Positions 1 to 9,043 of a stretch of DNA of 64,000 nucleotides are shown in pieces. Under the pieces are notes generated by a model, which saw nothing but the letters and a program-made list of their open reading frames with translations, ran no database searches and was not told the origin of the DNA. The DNA is taken from positions 26,554-90,553 of the forward strand of contig JAZLBV010000009.1 in NCBI GenBank assembly GCA_045613925.1, written 5' to 3'. The stretch is from Candidatus Enterousia sp. (GTDB taxonomy: Bacteria; Pseudomonadota; Alphaproteobacteria; Rs-D84). Each line of letters begins with the position of its first letter. The first letter of the stretch is position 1. Made by a program: the position numbers and the translations under genes.

Positions 1-138
1 GGGCAAAAAATCCCTGTTAGTGTAAAAAAAGATGATGTCGTATTATTTGCAAAATGGGCTTCAACTGCAAACGAAGTCAAAATTGATGGCAAAGATTACG
101 TTTTAATCAAAGAATCTGATATTCTTGGCATTTTATAA
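1..138 (+). CDS. groES: Co-chaperonin GroES, C-terminal fragment (5' end outside window)
   Basis: Frame 1 reads [45 protein letters not shown]-stop, a typical GroES C-terminus, 11 nt upstream of groEL. Confidence 0.85.
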   Translation, partial: GQKIPVSVKKDDVVLFAKWASTANEVKIDGKDYVLIKESDILGIL

Positions 139-149
139 AGGATTTTATT

Positions 150-1769
150 ATGGCAAAAGATATTGTATTTGACACAGACAAATTGGCAGCGGGTGTTGAT
201 AAATTGGCAAACGCTGTGAAAATAACAATGGGACCAAAGGGTCGTACTGTAGTTATTGAACGCAGTTATGGCACCCCAATTGCAACCAAAGATGGTGTAA
301 CGGTCGCCAAAGAAGTTTCTTTGAAAGATCCTGCTGAAAACATTGGCGCAAAAATGATTCAAGAAGTAGCCAAACGCGCAGGTGATAGTGCTGGCGATGG
401 GACAACCACTGCAACAGTATTGGCACAAAATTTATTCCGCGCCGGACGTCGTGTTATCGCTGCGGGTATGAATCCTATGGACATAAAACGTGGTATAGAC
501 ATCGCTGTTTCTGCGGTTGTTGATGATATTGAAAAACACGCACGCCCTGTGAAAGATTCGTCTGAAATCGCCCAGGTTGCAACTATTTCTGCAAACAGCG
601 ATTCTGAAATCGGTCAAAAAATTGCAGATGCTATGGACAAAGTAGGCAAAGAAGGCGTCATCACCGTTCAAGAAGCCAAAGGTTTAGATACTGAAATTGA
701 TGTAGTCGAAGGTATGCAATTCGACCAAGGATTTATGTCTCCCTATTTCGTCACAAACAGCGAAAAAATGTTGGCAGAACTTGAAAATGCACAAATTCTG
801 GTTTCTGAAAAAAAGATTACTGGTCTGCAGGCATTATTGCCTATTTTGGAACCAATCGCACAATCTGGCCGTCCACTTTTAATTATCGCCGAAGACGTTG
901 AATCAGAAGCCCTGGCAACATTGGTTTTGAACCGTTTGCGTGGCGGATTGAAAGTATGTGCAGTCAAAGCCCCTGGTTTTGGCGACCGCCGCAAAGAAAT
1001 GTTGAAAGATATTGCAATTATTACGGGTGCAACTGTTATCTCTGATGATATGGGTATGACATTTGAAAATATTACCCCAGCAGTATTAGGTTCTGCGAAA
1101 CGCGTTGTTGTTTCCAAAGACAAAACATTATTGGTTAACGGCAATGGCGATTCGAACGCAATCAAAAATCGCGCAGATGAAATTCGCAAATCTATATCCA
1201 CATCAACCAGCGACTATGATCGTGAAAAATTGGCAGAACGCCTAGCTAAGTTGGTCGGTGGTGTGGCGGTTATTCACGTTGGTGGTATGACCGAAGTCGA
1301 AGTCAAAGAAAAGAAAGACCGCGTTGATGACGCTTTGGCGGCTACACGTGCAGCAGTCGAAGACGGTATTGTTGCAGGTGGCGGTGTCGCATTGGTTCGT
1401 GCTGTCGCGGCATTAAAAGATTTACACGGTGCAAATTCAGATCAAAATGTAGGTATTGATATAGTTCGCCGTGCAATTGTCACACCTTGTATGCAAATTG
1501 CCGAAAATGCGGGTGTATCTGGCGAAATCGTTGTTGGAAAAATAATGGAAAACAAAGATTACAACTTTGGATATAATGCACAAACAGACGAATACGTCGA
1601 TATGATGAAATCTGGAATCATCGACCCAGCTAAGGTTGTTAAAACCGCAATCCAGGCGGCCGCATCTACCGCGGGCGTGTTATTAACAACCGGCGCAGTA
1701 ATGTCTGAAATTCCAGAAGAAAAACATTGCTGTGGCGGACAAAACCCAGCTATGCCAGGAATGATGTAA
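150..1769 (+). CDS. groEL: Chaperonin GroEL (Cpn60)
   Basis: 539-aa ORF with hallmark GroEL sequence (AKDIVF..., [42 protein letters not shown]). The C-terminal tail ends PGMM. Confidence 0.97.
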   Translation: MAKDIVFDTDKLAAGVDKLANAVKITMGPKGRTVVIERSYGTPIATKDGVTVAKEVSLKDPAENIGAKMIQEVAKRAGDSAGDGTTTATVLAQNLFRAGRRVIAAGMNPMDIKRGIDIAVSAVVDDIEKHARPVKDSSEIAQVATISANSDSEIGQKIADAMDKVGKEGVITVQEAKGLDTEIDVVEGMQFDQGFMSPYFVTNSEKMLAELENAQILVSEKKITGLQALLPILEPIAQSGRPLLIIAEDVESEALATLVLNRLRGGLKVCAVKAPGFGDRRKEMLKDIAIITGATVISDDMGMTFENITPAVLGSAKRVVVSKDKTLLVNGNGDSNAIKNRADEIRKSISTSTSDYDREKLAERLAKLVGGVAVIHVGGMTEVEVKEKKDRVDDALAATRAAVEDGIVAGGGVALVRAVAALKDLHGANSDQNVGIDIVRRAIVTPCMQIAENAGVSGEIVVGKIMENKDYNFGYNAQTDEYVDMMKSGIIDPAKVVKTAIQAAASTAGVLLTTGAVMSEIPEEKHCCGGQNPAMPGMM

Positions 1770-1785
1770 AAAATATATAAAACAA

Positions 1786-1815
1786 AAATCCCGTCATTAT
1801 GACGGGATTTTTTTA
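1786..1815. terminator. Bidirectional rho-independent terminator between groEL and the convergent GNAT gene
   Basis: Perfect 10-bp stem aaatcccgtc (1786-1795) / gacgggattt (1801-1810), 5-nt loop, flanked by an A-run and a T-run. Confidence 0.8.
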
Positions 1816-1821
1816 TAATTT

Positions 1822-2526
1822 TTATCGCACCATATAAAGCGTATCCGATAATTCCATTGCACGATATTTTGCAACAGTGCCGCTTTTTCTGGTAAATTTT
1901 ATATAATCTTTGCCATTTAACAAACGGGTTGCAACACCATCTATTTTTTGTTCTGGATTTAAATAAACGAAAATCGGTTGACCTCTAAATTGCTTTAACA
2001 AATCGCTATCAACTTTTACATTTAATTTTGCCGATAAATTATCAGACCACCCAAACACCGGCAAAACACCAGACATCGCCAAAGGTAATTTTTTTGTTTT
2101 AACTACACGACCCTGCACCAAAGTATTTTTATAACCGCGTGATTGGTAAAAACTGACTGCTCCGGTTAATGGGATTAATTGAATATTTTTTGCAACAAGA
2201 CTTGCTGCCTGTTCTGATGTGCTCAACAATTTTGTTCCTATGCCGTAATCGTGGTATCTTTTGTCTACATATAAAGCATTGGTCCACATATTTTCACCAC
2301 TCATAAAACCACTTGTAAAACCAACCATATATTCACCAGCGTACGCAACAAACGCAAAAGAATTCCTTGATAGCCGCAAAATATCAAAATAAGACTGATC
2401 AAGATTTTCTATATGCTGTTGCTTATTACCACCACTATTAATATCTATCTGTGCAAAATCTTTACACATCTCTTCGGTCAAATTAAAAACAGGTTTTATC
2501 TCAAAATTAATTTTTTCCTTAAACAT
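1822..2526 (-). CDS. GNAT-family N-acetyltransferase
   Basis: 234-aa ORF with an acetyl-CoA binding-like segment (YVDKRYHDYGIGTKLL), consistent with the GNAT fold. Substrate unknown. Confidence 0.55.
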   Translation of the reverse strand: MFKEKINFEIKPVFNLTEEMCKDFAQIDINSGGNKQQHIENLDQSYFDILRLSRNSFAFVAYAGEYMVGFTSGFMSGENMWTNALYVDKRYHDYGIGTKLLSTSEQAASLVAKNIQLIPLTGAVSFYQSRGYKNTLVQGRVVKTKKLPLAMSGVLPVFGWSDNLSAKLNVKVDSDLLKQFRGQPIFVYLNPEQKIDGVATRLLNGKDYIKFTRKSGTVAKYRAMELSDTLYMVR

Positions 2527-2643
2527 TTATATCCCTTTATTTTCGTGCATATTTTACACAAAACACAATTTATGTCAACAAATTTCTCAAAATTTGCAAA
2601 TAGTCAAAAATATTGGTAGAATTCAACATACAAAAGGTTTAAT

Positions 2644-3420
2644 ATGTCAAAAACATTCAGAAAAATTTGGAAGAAATTTTGGACACCTATTCTGCATAAT
2701 CCAATTATTCAATGGACATTGGCTGTGATTTTGGCGTGTATGACTTGGTTTATATTTTTAACTTCGAAACATCGTTTTACAAACACAAAATCATTAAAGC
2801 AATATCGTAAAAAACCGGTGGTATTTGTATTTTTTCACGGGCGATGCGCAATGTTATCACCAGTTATAAAAAGTGCACACATACGTGCATATTGTGTTGC
2901 ATCACGCCACAAAGACGGTCGTATGATGGCACGCCTGCAACGATTATTTGGACTACGTGCAATTTATGGTTCTACATCTGACGGTGCAGTTGCGGTTTTA
3001 CGCCAGGGCGTTCGTATTATGCATGAAAAAAAAGTTTCAATATGTGTTCCAGTGGACGGTCCGTCCGGTCCATCTATGCGGGTCCAAGACGGTGCACTTT
3101 ATTTTGCACGTATGACGGGCGCACCAATTGTTCCATGTTGTTTTTCTGCTTCACGTGCGATATTTCTTAAACGTTGGGACAGATTTTTAATTCCAAAATT
3201 ATTCGGAACTTTAACTTGTCGTATTGGTGAACCTATTTACATAGATTCAAAATTATCGGGCAGTGAATTTGAAAAAAAACGTGCAGAAATAGAAGAAATT
3301 ATGGTTAAGCAATTACGCGAAATGGATGCTGAATTTAATTTGTCTGAAATAGAACGCGGTACAAACGCTACTGATTACAAAAAACAAATGCGCGAAAAGA
3401 AAAAATTAAAAAACCGCTGA
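2644..3420 (+). CDS. DUF374-type lysophospholipid acyltransferase-like membrane protein
   Basis: 258-aa ORF with an N-terminal TM segment and the pattern FFHGR...ASRHKDGRMMARL...VDGPSGP...GALYFARMTGAPIVP, which I recognise from DUF374 proteins. Confidence 0.55.
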   Translation: MSKTFRKIWKKFWTPILHNPIIQWTLAVILACMTWFIFLTSKHRFTNTKSLKQYRKKPVVFVFFHGRCAMLSPVIKSAHIRAYCVASRHKDGRMMARLQRLFGLRAIYGSTSDGAVAVLRQGVRIMHEKKVSICVPVDGPSGPSMRVQDGALYFARMTGAPIVPCCFSASRAIFLKRWDRFLIPKLFGTLTCRIGEPIYIDSKLSGSEFEKKRAEIEEIMVKQLREMDAEFNLSEIERGTNATDYKKQMREKKKLKNR

Positions 3421-3440
3421 TTTTCATCAGCGGTTTTGGA
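3411..3440. terminator. Bidirectional rho-independent terminator
   Basis: Perfect 10-bp stem aaaccgctga (3411-3420, overlapping the stop codon) / tcagcggttt (3427-3436), followed by a T-run and preceded by an A-run. Confidence 0.7.
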
Positions 3441-3461
3441 CAATACAAAACAAATGTTATT

Positions 3462-5006
3462 TTAGAACAATTTGAATTTGTATGTTGTTCCAGCGCGAAA
3501 TGCCAGATCAGAACTAGACAAACCAGCCCCTGCATTAACAGACCATCTGTTGGACAATCCCATCGCTGCACCGAACGCCATAGCAGATTGGCCATTGTAA
3601 TAACCATATCCACCACTTACAGCGACTTCACCCTTTTGAACACCAGATGTAGACACAGAACTCAACGCAACAGCACTAGCAATACCACTGGATAAATCTT
3701 TGTTCAATTTTTCAACACGTTCATCAGTGTATGCCCTTGCCTGATTTAATGTCAATGCGTTGCCTGCATCAGCATATGCTTTGGCCGCATTTAACGTCAA
3801 CGCATCGCCTGCATCAGCATAAGATTGCGCCGATGCTAATGTTGTTGCATCGCCAGTATCAGCATATGCTTTTGCATTTGTTTCTGCGGCATCTGCCGAA
3901 CCTGCTGCATCATAGTTATCAGCCAAACTATCAGCGTATGCTTTTGCATTTGTTTCCGCAGTATCTGCCGAACCCGCTGCATCATAATTAGATGCTAAAC
4001 CATCAGCATAATCTTTTGCGTTTTGCAACGTGGCAGCTTGCACAGTTTCTATTGGTGTATTATACAAAGTGGCAGCAGCAGCTTCTAATGCTTGATCTTC
4101 TGTAAAATCACCTTGACGCGCCAATTGAGCTTGTTGTGCCTGCCCTAACAAAGTTGTCGCATCAGTATATGTTTCATAATAAGCTGTTAATGTAGATATT
4201 GTAGCTTCATCTGTAGTATAAATACCATTTGCATTAGCAAATGCAGTCGCTTCTGCAGTTGCATAACCGTCAACAGTAGTTTTTGCAGTAGTAATCTCAG
4301 CAGAATCATCAGCAAAAGCGGCAACCATCTCGCCAAATGCAGTTTCTTGAGCAGAACCAGCAGTTGGTGTCTGTTCCATATTCAATGCGTCCACTAATTT
4401 TGTTCCGTCATCACTTAAATGATATACTGCACCGGTATCAGGGTCTGTCCAAACATACATACTGCCAGTCAACACGGGTGCAGCAGAACTATCTGTAACA
4501 TCAACAGAATCAACTGTCGCATATGTGGAATTTAAAGCAACTGTTTCTGTAAAGGATTGAGCCGTTTCACCCAAAGTGACAGTTTCGCCTTTTCCATTAA
4601 CATATTCATAATTGCTACGTGATATTGTTTGGTCTGCAGCAATTGTTTGATGCGATATAACATCAACACCATCCGCAACAGTATCACCATAAAAATCAGA
4701 CGCTGTCAAATCTGTGCCACCTGTGGCTAAATCCGCATCAGGATCACCATCTTTATCTATATATTTAAAACTTGATAAATCTGGATTTACATTTTGTGCA
4801 ACGGTGGTTGTTAAAGGTTCATTCAACCCATCATATCCATACGTGTATGTATATGTATAAGACGAACCATTTAAAGCTGTTCCAACATTGGCTGTTGAAC
4901 CATTACCTAATTGATAATCACCAGCAAAGGTCACATCCGTATCAGCACTTGCTGCACCTGTTGCAACAATTGCCAACAAAGATGTTAAAATTAATGTTTT
5001 TTTCAT
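3462..5006 (-). CDS. Trimeric autotransporter adhesin (YadA-like, type Vc)
   Basis: Signal peptide MKKTLILTSLLAIVATGAASA. Stalk-like repeats (NAKAYADSLADNYDAAGSAD...). C-terminal YadA-type anchor (GIASAVALSS...GEVAVSGGYGYYNGQSAMAFGAA...RAGTTYKFKLF). Confidence 0.75.
   Translation of the reverse strand: MKKTLILTSLLAIVATGAASADTDVTFAGDYQLGNGSTANVGTALNGSSYTYTYTYGYDGLNEPLTTTVAQNVNPDLSSFKYIDKDGDPDADLATGGTDLTASDFYGDTVADGVDVISHQTIAADQTISRSNYEYVNGKGETVTLGETAQSFTETVALNSTYATVDSVDVTDSSAAPVLTGSMYVWTDPDTGAVYHLSDDGTKLVDALNMEQTPTAGSAQETAFGEMVAAFADDSAEITTAKTTVDGYATAEATAFANANGIYTTDEATISTLTAYYETYTDATTLLGQAQQAQLARQGDFTEDQALEAAAATLYNTPIETVQAATLQNAKDYADGLASNYDAAGSADTAETNAKAYADSLADNYDAAGSADAAETNAKAYADTGDATTLASAQSYADAGDALTLNAAKAYADAGNALTLNQARAYTDERVEKLNKDLSSGIASAVALSSVSTSGVQKGEVAVSGGYGYYNGQSAMAFGAAMGLSNRWSVNAGAGLSSSDLAFRAGTTYKFKLF
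3866..4009. repeat. Two tandem 72-bp (24-codon) repeats inside the adhesin stalk, with more diverged copies further 5' on the plus strand (about 3740-3865)
   Basis: 3866-3937 and 3938-4009 both start atgcttttgcatttgtttc and encode AKAYADSLADNYDAAGSAD(T/A)AETN. Confidence 0.8.
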
Positions 5007-5257
5007 TTATTGTCCTTTCGTTTTTAATTAATTAAAAAGTGCCAATCTTTTTGGCCACACAGATAACATTACACAAACCAACCTTTGTGTAATACCAACG
5101 GAAACCCTTTCACAAAAAAACGTTAAAATCGCTAGACATATTGGTTTTCTGGATTTTTTTGACAAAATAAAAAAATGAAAAAAATCATAAAAAAACAGTT
5201 GATTTAAATGTTCCTTTAAAATGCATATAAAAAACTATAAAAAACAGGAGATTTTCA

Positions 5258-5857
5258 ATGGCTATAATAGGTTATATACGGGTAAGTTCAACAAAACAAA
5301 CACTGGAACACCAACGATTCGAAATTGAACAATTTGCTAAAAAAAATAAAATCAAAATTGATAAATGGGTCGAAGAAACTATATCTTCACGAAAACCACT
5401 AAATAAAAGAAAATTGGGTGAACTATTGGACAAACTGACCCCAAAAGACATAATAATTGCGTGTGAAATCTCACGACTGGGACGTTCATTATTGGAAGTA
5501 ATGCGAATTCTTGAAAATTGTTTGAATAAAAATTGTCAGGTCTGGACCATCAAAGAAAACTATCGCCTGGGCAACGATATTCAAAGCAAAGTAATGGCTT
5601 TTGCATTTGGGCTATCCGCAGAAATCGAACGCAATTTAATAAGCCAGCGCACAAAATCATCACTGGACAGCATTAAATCAAGTGGTCGTAAACTTGGACG
5701 GCCATTTTCAGCACAATCAAAAAAATTAAAACTGTCCCGCAATACTATTAAAATAAAAAAATTATTAGATGATGGAATTTCTAAATATCAAATTGCCAGG
5801 ATTATGCACGTTCAACCAATCACTTTAAACAGATTCATCACACGAATGCAATGGTAA
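5258..5857 (+). CDS. Small serine recombinase (resolvase/invertase family) with C-terminal HTH
   Basis: 199 aa. N-terminus MAIIGYIRVSSTKQTLEHQ carries the catalytic-Ser motif. SRLGRS and ERNLISQRTK motifs are present, with a C-terminal HTH-like ISKYQIARIMHVQPITLNRFI. SD aggag lies upstream. Confidence 0.85.
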   Translation: MAIIGYIRVSSTKQTLEHQRFEIEQFAKKNKIKIDKWVEETISSRKPLNKRKLGELLDKLTPKDIIIACEISRLGRSLLEVMRILENCLNKNCQVWTIKENYRLGNDIQSKVMAFAFGLSAEIERNLISQRTKSSLDSIKSSGRKLGRPFSAQSKKLKLSRNTIKIKKLLDDGISKYQIARIMHVQPITLNRFITRMQW

Positions 5858-5858
5858 A

Positions 5859-5890
5859 AAAACCGCCGATTTACATCAGCGGTTTTTATT
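5859..5890 (+). terminator. Rho-independent terminator after the recombinase gene
   Basis: Stem aaccgccgat / atcagcggtt (one mismatch) followed by ttttt. Confidence 0.6.
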
Positions 5891-5914
5891 ATGTGAAACA
5901 AGTTTCAAAATCGA

Positions 5915-8596
5915 CTAGAAATTATATCTGAACTTCACACGACCAGATTGTGATGTGTAATCTTCACGTGCTTCGATATCATAATTCAAAGACAAATCTA
6001 ATCCACGATAATTCATTGTCAAACCGATGCCGAATTCACCAGCTATGCGGGACAAACGTTCACCGTTCAACGCATAGGCATTTACACCAGGCATTGTAAC
6101 AGTTGCAACTTGTTTGTCTGACAACATATCATATTTAACCGCGTAATTTAATTCTGGACGCAAAGTGAAACGTTTTGTTGCTTTGATATCAAATGCATAC
6201 TTTGTTCCAAGTGATGCCGTCAAATAATCCGCATCAGCCAATTCGTTTTTGATACCCAAAGAATTGATATAATCCGACGAATTGATATGCATATAACGCA
6301 ATCCCAATTCAGGTGTTATACCACCGACAAAATCATAACCTGTCGCGATATTTGCACCGAATGAATCAACATCATACTTTGCAGAAATGCCTGTACCCAA
6401 TGCGGCACCTGTTTCGGTATAATCAGCCATTGTATAATTTGCAACCAAATTCATATACCACGCGCTTGGCTTATATTGCCCATACACAAAGACAGAAGAC
6501 GAATCGATTTCTGTATCACGTGCAGTTCCACTTATATCAGAATGTGCAAACGCATACCCTGCACCGATTGTCCACACTTTGTCAAGTGTACCGTCCAAAC
6601 CAGCTGCAATTCCACGTGTATAACCGTTAAATGCATCACTATGCTTTGATTTGTTAAAGATACCCTGGGCCCAAACACCACCAGATGTCATCTTTACATC
6701 ACCACCATTACGACCAACCGTCGGCATAGACATACGTCCAGCAGCCAAAGACGTCACTGTGTTTTGAACAGAAGACGACACCGACTGCACAACCGATTGA
6801 GTTTCAGGATGAATAGCCGCCTGGGCATGTTCAACCTCTGCACGTTCCACATCTGTTCCAGATGCTAACTTTTCCTGGATAACAACAGCCAAATCGTTAA
6901 GTGTTTCAGATGTAGATGTCATCAAACCAGAAATCGCAGTTGCTGTTTCAGTACTAAGATTATTATCAGACGCAATATCTTCAACAGATTTTTGCGTAAC
7001 AACCAAGGTACCTTCGTTCCAATTTAAATCGTACACAGAACTGGACACATCAACATTGTCAAATATTTTCCCACCGAAAACTTTATACGTTCCAGCATCA
7101 GAAAATGACAATTTCAATTCACCATCACCATCAAACTTTGTAGTGGCAGTAATCTGAGCATCATCACCAGAACGTACTGTCGCCAACATAGTTCCATTCA
7201 AAGTGATCGTGTTAACATTAACATTGTTGGTACCAATGTTCATCGTTGCCCCAGAATCAACAGTCAACACACTACTTGCACTAACACCAGCAACATCGTT
7301 ATTAAATACACTTGTTCCAGATGTCAACGTCATTTCGCCAATATTCAACTTTCCGCCATTGAAAGTCGCATCTGCGATAGTTGCATTTTCAACGATAATT
7401 CCACGATCCATATCAGCAATATTCACAGTACCATTGTCAATATTCAAATTATTCAAAGCGATATAATATTTACCAGATGTAACATCTAAACCTGTTTCAT
7501 CATCAACGACCACAGTTTGCTCATTTGTAATCTTTGTCGCATTCCACACAGCACCATTAGACAAAGATAATCTAAAATTATTAACAGCCAACACGCTTTC
7601 TGCTGGTTCATCAGCATAATAATATTCCACAAGCGTATTTCCTGTCCAATAAGATTGAGCATCAGTTAAATTAATGTTAACATATGCATCTATCGGTGAA
7701 TTTGAATTTCCAGAGCTTCCAGGATTGGAATAAAAATTGAAATTCATATCACCATCCATTTTTACAGTATTTTTACCAGATTCATTAACATTAACAGTCG
7801 CATAACCACGTGCCAAAATTGCATTTTTAGCATTAACTGTTAAATTACCATCCAAATCAATCCAACCGTTACTCATTGCCTCAATACCAGTTTCAGTGGC
7901 AGTTAAATTAATATTTTTTGCCTTTATATCCACAAAACTTGTATCTTCTTTAGCTTTTGTTAAATCTGCCGTTCCAAACCCAGCGTGAATGGCAGAATCT
8001 TGAGCAGATATATTAACATCACCGGTTGCTTCCACCGTTATTTGACCTTTGCGATAATTAGCCATAAGACCTGTATCAACACCATCAACAGTTAAATTAT
8101 TCGCTTTAACACTTATGGATGCATTTTCATATGCGTGTATAGCATCACTAGCAGAAACATTTACATCATTGCTAGCAACAACATCTATAGCGCCTTGATA
8201 CGTATAAAGCCCACCATTGTTTCCAATAACCGTAATATCCCTACTTTTTAAATTTATATAACTTCCCGGTCCGGCTACAGCACCATATCCTCCTTCTTTG
8301 GTATCAGATAATTTTATAGTTTGGGTTGTATCTCCACCAAGAAAAACTTTGGAATCATCATACCACGCTTGTATAGCACGTACTTTTTCATTTTCGTTAA
8401 TATTAATATCAATATTGTCAACAGATAACGTACCTGTCTTTCCATAAATTGCATTTACCCGTTCTAGCAAAATCCCATCTGAAAAAGTTGAATTTAAATT
8501 GATATCGTCATCAATTTCAACCGCAACAGCAGGCATAACCAGCAACGCAGGCAAAACAGATATTCCAACTAAAAAACCGTGAAAATGCTTGTTCAT
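5915..8596 (-). CDS. Classical (type Va) autotransporter with a large repetitive passenger domain
   Basis: 893 aa. Signal peptide MNKHFHGFLVGISVLPALLVMPAVA. Asn/Gly/Thr/Val-rich passenger with beta-helix-like periodicity. C-terminal beta-barrel with alternating hydrophobic pattern, ending RVKFRYNF. Confidence 0.8.
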   Translation of the reverse strand: MNKHFHGFLVGISVLPALLVMPAVAVEIDDDINLNSTFSDGILLERVNAIYGKTGTLSVDNIDININENEKVRAIQAWYDDSKVFLGGDTTQTIKLSDTKEGGYGAVAGPGSYINLKSRDITVIGNNGGLYTYQGAIDVVASNDVNVSASDAIHAYENASISVKANNLTVDGVDTGLMANYRKGQITVEATGDVNISAQDSAIHAGFGTADLTKAKEDTSFVDIKAKNINLTATETGIEAMSNGWIDLDGNLTVNAKNAILARGYATVNVNESGKNTVKMDGDMNFNFYSNPGSSGNSNSPIDAYVNINLTDAQSYWTGNTLVEYYYADEPAESVLAVNNFRLSLSNGAVWNATKITNEQTVVVDDETGLDVTSGKYYIALNNLNIDNGTVNIADMDRGIIVENATIADATFNGGKLNIGEMTLTSGTSVFNNDVAGVSASSVLTVDSGATMNIGTNNVNVNTITLNGTMLATVRSGDDAQITATTKFDGDGELKLSFSDAGTYKVFGGKIFDNVDVSSSVYDLNWNEGTLVVTQKSVEDIASDNNLSTETATAISGLMTSTSETLNDLAVVIQEKLASGTDVERAEVEHAQAAIHPETQSVVQSVSSSVQNTVTSLAAGRMSMPTVGRNGGDVKMTSGGVWAQGIFNKSKHSDAFNGYTRGIAAGLDGTLDKVWTIGAGYAFAHSDISGTARDTEIDSSSVFVYGQYKPSAWYMNLVANYTMADYTETGAALGTGISAKYDVDSFGANIATGYDFVGGITPELGLRYMHINSSDYINSLGIKNELADADYLTASLGTKYAFDIKATKRFTLRPELNYAVKYDMLSDKQVATVTMPGVNAYALNGERLSRIAGEFGIGLTMNYRGLDLSLNYDIEAREDYTSQSGRVKFRYNF

Positions 8597-8824
8597 TTAT
8601 GCTCTCCTTTTTTCTGGTTTCCTTACGTGTAATTCTTACTACATAAAAACACACAAAGCAACCTTTTTTATTTCACAACAAAATTAAACTGACAATAAAG
8701 AATACAGGTTTCGCCACTTCGTTAAAACTTCGTGGTGCAAGCGCCAAGGCTTTGCGAGACACTCCTTCGCCTTTGCTACTCTGCTTGGGTGGCCTGCCAC
8801 TCAGACCGCGTCGCAGACGCGAAG

Positions 8825-8913
8825 TGTGGTTGGGGTACACGGATTGTAATTCCCACTCGCTACGTTCGTGGGCCCCTTTCGGCTTCGCCACGAACTGAAC
8901 AACTTCGTTGTAC
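8825..8913. repeat. Direct repeat copy 1 (89 bp), beginning with a copy of the 3' end of tRNA-Gln
   Basis: 88/89 identical to 10472-10560. It contains tggttggggtacacggatt, the reverse complement of the tRNA-Gln T-loop/acceptor/CCA end, and an 8-bp hairpin gttcgtgg...ccacgaac. Confidence 0.9.
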
Positions 8914-8972
8914 TGTCAAACCGTGACCAAAAAAACCAAAAATTAAACCCGTCTTTCGACGGGGTGAATTTT

Positions 8973-8988
8973 TGGTTGTGGGGTGCGG
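8973..8988. repeat. Left arm of a perfect 16-bp inverted repeat flanking the radical-SAM gene
   Basis: tggttgtggggtgcgg is the exact reverse complement of ccgcaccccacaacca at 10263-10278. It resembles a degenerate tRNA-Gln 3' end (tggtt-ggggtacacgg). Confidence 0.9.
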
Positions 8989-9043
8989 GCAAAACGCGAA
9001 TGTATTGATTTTATTGTTTGACAAATTATAATATTATGCAACA

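Noticed and set aside
96-1201. Antisense or overlapping ORFs inside groEL, and the many analogous ORFs inside nifJ, secY, rpoA, clpX, the adhesins and the r-protein genes.
   Set aside because: They sit on the opposite strand or out of frame within genes with unambiguous homology, and their composition is typical of shadow ORFs.
1720-1769. Unusual GroEL C-terminus (…[17 protein letters not shown] instead of a GGM repeat).
   Set aside because: GroEL tails vary among lineages, the frame is intact and it ends in PGMM. This is probably a lineage quirk without further implication.
8673-8992. ORF-track entries 8673..8891(-), 8732..8926(+), 8801..8992(-), and likewise 10309..10503(-) and 10397..10690(-).
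   Set aside because: They lie in the locally GC-rich repeat and tRNA region, overlap one another and the tRNA gene, and have no start context or recognisable protein features. They are best explained as non-coding repeat sequence.
9017-9030. Identical 14-mer tttgacaaattata upstream of the radical-SAM gene and at 45038-45051.
   Set aside because: It is an AT-rich 14-mer containing a generic TTGACA -35 hexamer. Several such chance matches are expected in 64 kb of AT-rich DNA, and the two contexts differ in strand and distance to the gene.
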